Shown: positions 59,426-64,000 of the stretch, one piece after another | Numbering within the stretch: the stretch's first letter is position 1 | How the letters are laid out: each line of letters starts with the position of its first letter | From: an uncultured Lachnospiraceae bacterium | Lineage (GTDB): Bacteria; Bacillota; Clostridia; Christensenellales; UBA1242 | Direction of reading: 5' to 3' | DNA: 64,000 nt | NCBI GenBank assembly: GCA_964594865.1 | Contig: CAZQMZ010000005.1 | Span: forward strand, 8,521-72,520 | Translations under genes and position numbers: made by a program | The notes under the pieces: model-generated | Seen by the model: only the letters and a program-made list of their open reading frames with translations | Told to the model about the DNA's origin: nothing | Databases searched by the model: none

Positions 59426-59450
59426 AGTTAAAAATGATATGGAGGGAAAT

Positions 59451-60899
59451 ATGGATGTTTGGTTTTGGGTGTTTATTGCTTACATTGTTATCAATTTTTT
59501 GCTCTTCATTTCAATGGTCTTTTTTGAAAGAAAGAAGTTGTCAAGCGTCATCAGTTGGCTGACAATTCTTACCTTTTTGCCGATTGTGGGTTATCTGTTT
59601 TACATCGTCTTTGGAAGTGGATTATCCCTTCGTGTCAGAAAGATGATCAGTCGCCACAAACTCTATGAGGTCGAATATAGCGAACACATTGCTCAATATC
59701 TCATCAGCAGTGATGAAGCAAGGCAGGTATTGGAAAAAGATCAGGGACTCGTCAAGTGTTGTTATAACTATGGAAGCATACTTTGCCCGAAAAACGATGT
59801 CAAAATCTTTTGCTGGGGAGAAGACAAGCTTGAATGTCTGCTCAAAGATTTGGAAAATGCAAAAGAAACAATAAACATTCAATATTACATCTTTGCCAAG
59901 GATTCCACCGGCAAAAAAGTGATGAACACATTGATCAAAAAGGCAAAAGAAGGGGTCAAAGTTCAATTTATCTATGACAGTGTGGGGTCGCGTAAGGCAC
60001 CAAGACGCTTTTTCAGAAAGTTGAAAAAAGCGGGCGGTGAAGTTGCAGAATTTTTCCCACCTTTTGCTCATATTCGTTTGATAAATCTTAAACTGAACTA
60101 TCGAAATCACAGAAAAATTGTTGTGATTGACGGCAAGATTGCTTACACCGGCGGGATGAACATTCGCGATGACCATATGGGGAAATCGAAAAAGCTCAAA
60201 CCGTGGCGAGATGCTCACATCCGTGTTGAAGGCCCGGGAGTTTATCCTCTTCAGAACATCTTTTTGAACGATTGGAGATATGTCAAAAAGGAAAATTTCG
60301 CTTCGCAAAAATACATCCAAGATGGCTTTTTTCCAGCGCCGGAAAATTATGGTGACACATATATGCAAGTCGTCGTTTCTGGGCCGGACAGTCCGGTGCA
60401 AGCCATAAAAGAAGTCTTCATCAAACTGATTACAAATGCAAAAGAAAGCGTTCTGATTCAAACTCCATATTTTGTTCCGGATGAAGCTTTCTCTTCCGCT
60501 CTTCGCATTGCTTTGGCAAGTGGAGTGAAAGTGAAAATCATGGTTCCTTCAAAACCAGACTATCGCACAGTGCTTTGGGTTTCGCTTTCATATCTGAAAG
60601 AGTTTGTTGAACTTGGTGCGGAAGTGTTTTTGTATGAAGGCTTTATGCACAGCAAGGTGATTGTTGTGGATGATGACAAAATTTCAATAGGCTCTTGCAA
60701 CCTTGACAACCGCTCATTTGGTTTAAACTTTGAAGACACTGTGATTTTGTATTCAAAAGAACTGAATGAAGAATATCGAAAATATTACGAAGATGACATC
60801 TCTCACAGTTTGAACGCTGACATCTCATATTTCAAACGCAAAAAGTGGTTGACAAAGTTCTTGCAAGCAATCTTTCGTTTGTTTTCTCCAATTTTATAA
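59451..60899 (+). CDS. cls: Cardiolipin synthase
   Basis: PLDc_N (SSVISWL..LPIVGYLFY), NYRNHRKIVVIDG and MHSKVIVVDD HKD motifs; start after GGAGG; terminator 60911-60943. Confidence 0.96.
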   Translation: MDVWFWVFIAYIVINFLLFISMVFFERKKLSSVISWLTILTFLPIVGYLFYIVFGSGLSLRVRKMISRHKLYEVEYSEHIAQYLISSDEARQVLEKDQGLVKCCYNYGSILCPKNDVKIFCWGEDKLECLLKDLENAKETINIQYYIFAKDSTGKKVMNTLIKKAKEGVKVQFIYDSVGSRKAPRRFFRKLKKAGGEVAEFFPPFAHIRLINLKLNYRNHRKIVVIDGKIAYTGGMNIRDDHMGKSKKLKPWRDAHIRVEGPGVYPLQNIFLNDWRYVKKENFASQKYIQDGFFPAPENYGDTYMQVVVSGPDSPVQAIKEVFIKLITNAKESVLIQTPYFVPDEAFSSALRIALASGVKVKIMVPSKPDYRTVLWVSLSYLKEFVELGAEVFLYEGFMHSKVIVVDDDKISIGSCNLDNRSFGLNFEDTVILYSKELNEEYRKYYEDDISHSLNADISYFKRKKWLTKFLQAIFRLFSPIL

Positions 60900-60957
60900 A
60901 TTTGCATACGAAAAAGCGTTTCTGTTTAGAAACGCTTTTTTTTGATATAATTTTTTT

Positions 60958-61395
60958 ATGGTTTTGAAAAAATATTTGAAAATCTTGTGGCTTAAAGTTG
61001 TCAGAACAGTTCTGGTTGTTTTGGGCACATGTATTTTTGTTTTTCCGGGAGTTTTTTGTCTTGTCAGTTTTGCTTTTGCAGAGTTGATTGCGCGTGAAAG
61101 TCCTATGTTGGACACAAAAGGAATTTTTATGCTTTCTCACGAACTTTCAAAAGGACATCGTGTGGAAATCTTTTTTAGATATTTTCTTACCTTTTTGGTT
61201 ATCGGACTGATTGTCGGTCTTGTTTTTTCTGTCGTCACAATTTTCAATCATTTTTGCACGATTTCCAAAACAGTTGAAATCATCGTTATTCTCACAGCAA
61301 TTTTGTTGACTTTTTTGCTGATCTTGCCACACTTAAAAACAAAAATAAAGACTTGTTTTGCGCTTGCCAAGAGAGAAAAAATTATTAGAAATTGA
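60958..61395 (+). CDS. Small multi-pass membrane protein (DUF975-like C-terminal pattern)
   Basis: CIFVFPGVFC...S.ELSKGHRVEIF; three hydrophobic segments. Confidence 0.55.
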   Translation: MVLKKYLKILWLKVVRTVLVVLGTCIFVFPGVFCLVSFAFAELIARESPMLDTKGIFMLSHELSKGHRVEIFFRYFLTFLVIGLIVGLVFSVVTIFNHFCTISKTVEIIVILTAILLTFLLILPHLKTKIKTCFALAKREKIIRN

Positions 61396-61484
61396 CAAAA
61401 ACGATTTACAAAGATTTTATGTTCAAAAAAATTTGTATTTTTTTCGTTTTTTTGATAAAATCATAACGAGAGGTTTAAAAAGTT

Positions 61485-62054
61485 ATGGACTATCGTGATT
61501 TCACAAAACGAGCAACTGCATATGACGGATTTGTAAAATTTCGCAAAGATGTTTTGGACAACACTGAAAAAGGCGGTTTTACAGAAAGTTTCACCGACCT
61601 TTGTGCAAATGCGTTAGCTGGGAATTGTATTGCACAAGATTGCGTTGCATACTTTTTCAAACGCGGTGTGCCAGATCCAAAATCGGAAACGAGATATCTT
61701 CTTCCGCCAAATTATGATTATTATATTTCTTGGCAAATTTTGGCAGGGGCAAACGGAAATGAATTTGCTTTGGAAAAGTTGGAATTTTTTCTAAATCCTG
61801 CACTTGAAACAATCATCGATGATGAAGAAATTTTGACACGGGCTATGCAGAAAAAGAACATCACAAAAGACAACGCTTTGATGGTGATTTCAAACCTGAT
61901 TTGCGAAGGAATTGTCGATCAACTTCATATTGATCCAAAGAAACTTATAAAAATCGATAACAGAGAAGTGCCATATTCCGCGCAAAGAAATCGTATATAT
62001 CTTGACGCCATGGAAGACTGTTTGATTGATGTTGTCGACTTTTTGATAAGTTAG
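61485..62054 (+). CDS. Hypothetical protein with one Sel1-like repeat
   Basis: ALAGNCIAQDCVAYFFKRG...NYDYYISWQILAGANGNEFA resembles the SLR consensus; GAGAGG RBS. Confidence 0.55.
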   Translation: MDYRDFTKRATAYDGFVKFRKDVLDNTEKGGFTESFTDLCANALAGNCIAQDCVAYFFKRGVPDPKSETRYLLPPNYDYYISWQILAGANGNEFALEKLEFFLNPALETIIDDEEILTRAMQKKNITKDNALMVISNLICEGIVDQLHIDPKKLIKIDNREVPYSAQRNRIYLDAMEDCLIDVVDFLIS

Positions 62055-62072
62055 TTTGACAATTTTTGAAGA

Positions 62073-62552
62073 TTGATCATAAAAAAGCATATGGATACCA
62101 TTTATGACGACGAACTTATGCCAGATAATTTTGAACAAATGGCAAAGGCATATTCAAAATCGCTTAAAAACAAGGGTTTTGTTTTTGTCCGCTTGGAAGA
62201 GGAAGAGTTTCACTTACTTTTGTCGGAAGTGTTTGTGATCATCTCCAAAATGCAGGCATGTTTAAACCGCTTGAAGGCTCTTCTCGATGCCAGGGTTTTG
62301 CAAGAGAAACTTTGTCACGCAAAAAGTCAATTGGAAGAAAAATTTGGTTCGAAACACTCATACAACTTTGTTTGTATTGAAGATGAAAATAAGGCTTTTT
62401 TGAGTTTGGTGGCGCTTGAAAATTTGCTTATTATCAAGCTGATGTTGCTTTCGGTCAAAAGTGGAGAGCTTGAACTTTGCAACAGCATAACAACAGCCAT
62501 CACCGGAGTTTTTGCAGAAAGTTTTCCGTGCGAGGGGTTTAAGGTGAATTAA
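62073..62552 (+). CDS. Hypothetical helical protein (start may be ATG 62091)
   Basis: ORF track; same strand as neighbour; ends at bidirectional terminator 62569-62601. Confidence 0.6.
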   Translation: MIIKKHMDTIYDDELMPDNFEQMAKAYSKSLKNKGFVFVRLEEEEFHLLLSEVFVIISKMQACLNRLKALLDARVLQEKLCHAKSQLEEKFGSKHSYNFVCIEDENKAFLSLVALENLLIIKLMLLSVKSGELELCNSITTAITGVFAESFPCEGFKVN

Positions 62553-62620
62553 AAAAGATTTTTTAAAAAAAATAGTGGCAACGTCTACCACTATTTTTAT
62601 TTCAAAAGCTATCTTCATTT

Positions 62621-64000
62621 TTAGAATCTATCAAACGGGTTGGAGGACTTCAAAACTTTCTTATTTCTCATTTTGATGTCATAATAAACTTTTTGAGTGT
62701 CCAAACTCTTCATAATTCCAACAGATTGCTCGGCTTTTTTAGTGTAGAAAAATGGTGTTTCATAGACAGCTGTTTGTTTAATTTTCATTGGGTTGAATCT
62801 GAAAAGTTTGACAATCATGGTGTTCAGTGGCAACTGTCCAAGTTCATAAGGGGTGATAAGCGGGCGAGTGGAGCGTTGAACGCTTGTGTTTGTGCTTGTG
62901 CTCTTGTCGTCAGTATTCTTTTGAGATTTTGATGTGCCAGTGCTTGTTTCTTCATGCACCAATTGCACTTCACCGCACATTTTTGAGAAGTCATCTCTTG
63001 TTTGCTGGTCGTCCGCACCGACAAAGATTTGCGCGTTACAGTTTGTTTTGACGGTTTTAAGTCCATCGGCGCCATATTTTGTCTCAATCTGTGCATAAGA
63101 TTGCACTGCCATTTCAAACAAGATGTTTCTTCCACGCGCAACAGTGATCATGCTATCAAATTTTGGAATTGGTGGCAAGTTTCCAAACTCTTCCAAGATG
63201 AAGTAAACATGACGTGGCAACATCCCACCTGGATATGAATTTGCTTTGTCGACAAGACGTTTGTATAGTTGAGACAAGCACAAAATTGCAAGATTGTGAC
63301 GCTCTTCGCGGTCATCTGGAATGATGAGATAGAAAGCAGTTGGAACAGATGTGAAATCATCAAAATTCAGGTCGCTTTGAGATGTCAAATAAGCAATGCC
63401 GATGTCGTTCATGAAAGAGATTTTTCCGTTGAGCACACCCATATATGATTTTGTTGTGCCCGGAGCGTTGTTGATGACAGATGACGTCAAGTTTGGAACG
63501 TTGGAAGTGGCTTCGTCTCGACCTTGCAACAAATATTTTCTCACAGTCTCGAATGGAGCATCGGCATCTGGATCGCGGAAAGTGGCAATTTTGTATAGAT
63601 TATAGAAATTGAACTTTTCTCTCGTCATGCCAAGTTCTGGGTTCAAACTGTCTTCAAGCATAGCAAGTGAACAACCATAGAGGAAATCTTGTGCACCTTC
63701 TTCCCAAGTTGGATCACTTGCTTTTGGAGATTTTGGAGCAATAGTGTTGCAAATTTCTCGAAGTTCGTTATATGCCATGTCGCAATAGACTTGTTCAGCG
63801 CTCTTGACGGCAACACGAAGAGATTCTTCATTTGGATATGCAATTCCTTCAAAACCAAACCACTCTTTGCCATATTTTTCGCCAGGGATTTCTTTATATC
63901 CTGCATCTTTTGGATGAGTGCCGTTGACACATTTTTTAATGTGGTTTCTGCAGCTCTTTCCTTTGTGATATAAATCATATGCGTGTTCCATTGGGTTCCA
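62621..64000 (-). CDS. virD4: VirD4/TraG type IV coupling protein, 3' part; 5' end outside the window
   Basis: Frame open to window edge (WNPMEH), DPTWEEGAQ, FILEEFGNLP.IP.FDSMITVARGRNI, VQSYAQIETKYG, TVKTNC, RPLITPYEL. Confidence 0.88.
   Translation of the reverse strand, partial: WNPMEHAYDLYHKGKSCRNHIKKCVNGTHPKDAGYKEIPGEKYGKEWFGFEGIAYPNEESLRVAVKSAEQVYCDMAYNELREICNTIAPKSPKASDPTWEEGAQDFLYGCSLAMLEDSLNPELGMTREKFNFYNLYKIATFRDPDADAPFETVRKYLLQGRDEATSNVPNLTSSVINNAPGTTKSYMGVLNGKISFMNDIGIAYLTSQSDLNFDDFTSVPTAFYLIIPDDREERHNLAILCLSQLYKRLVDKANSYPGGMLPRHVYFILEEFGNLPPIPKFDSMITVARGRNILFEMAVQSYAQIETKYGADGLKTVKTNCNAQIFVGADDQQTRDDFSKMCGEVQLVHEETSTGTSKSQKNTDDKSTSTNTSVQRSTRPLITPYELGQLPLNTMIVKLFRFNPMKIKQTAVYETPFFYTKKAEQSVGIMKSLDTQKVYYDIKMRNKKVLKSSNPFDRF

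Noticed and set aside
1-64000. CRISPR array, IS/transposase, prophage or rRNA
   Set aside because: No regularly spaced repeats, transposase/integrase motifs, phage genes or rRNA-like sequence seen.

Overview
AT-rich, spore-forming Firmicute (Clostridia-like; lineage inferred from gene content only) chromosome window spanning the replication origin. The core origin genes are present: nrdD (partial), parB-parA, rsmG-mnmG-mnmE, jag, yidC-yidD-rnpA-rpmH, dnaN-oriC-dnaA, recF, rsmH-ftsL-like-spoVD/ftsI. They are rearranged: the dnaA-oriC-dnaN block is inverted, and about 17 kb separates yidC from jag. That 17 kb carries gmk, tRNA-Ser, a parS triplet, rubrerythrin, Asn T-box-aspS-gatCAB, sporulation-type genes and an orphan HipA-like kinase. 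The right end has glyQS with a very short non-canonical Gly T-box, an ABC-F, a ~3,420-aa Ser/Thr-rich surface protein, cardiolipin synthase and the 3' part of a VirD4/TraG coupling protein. Best leads: (i) the truncated transcriptional Gly T-box; (ii) an unannotated 41-aa Pro/Arg-rich peptide gene with a perfect promoter and RBS; (iii) a possible VirD4-dependent secretion system with solitary effector-like genes (kinase, transglutaminase/papain-like) dispersed through core operons; (iv) at least 7 genes with a leaderless promoter-start layout; (v) the inverted, apparently unipartite origin. All calls are from manual motif reading; no database searches or folding programs were run.
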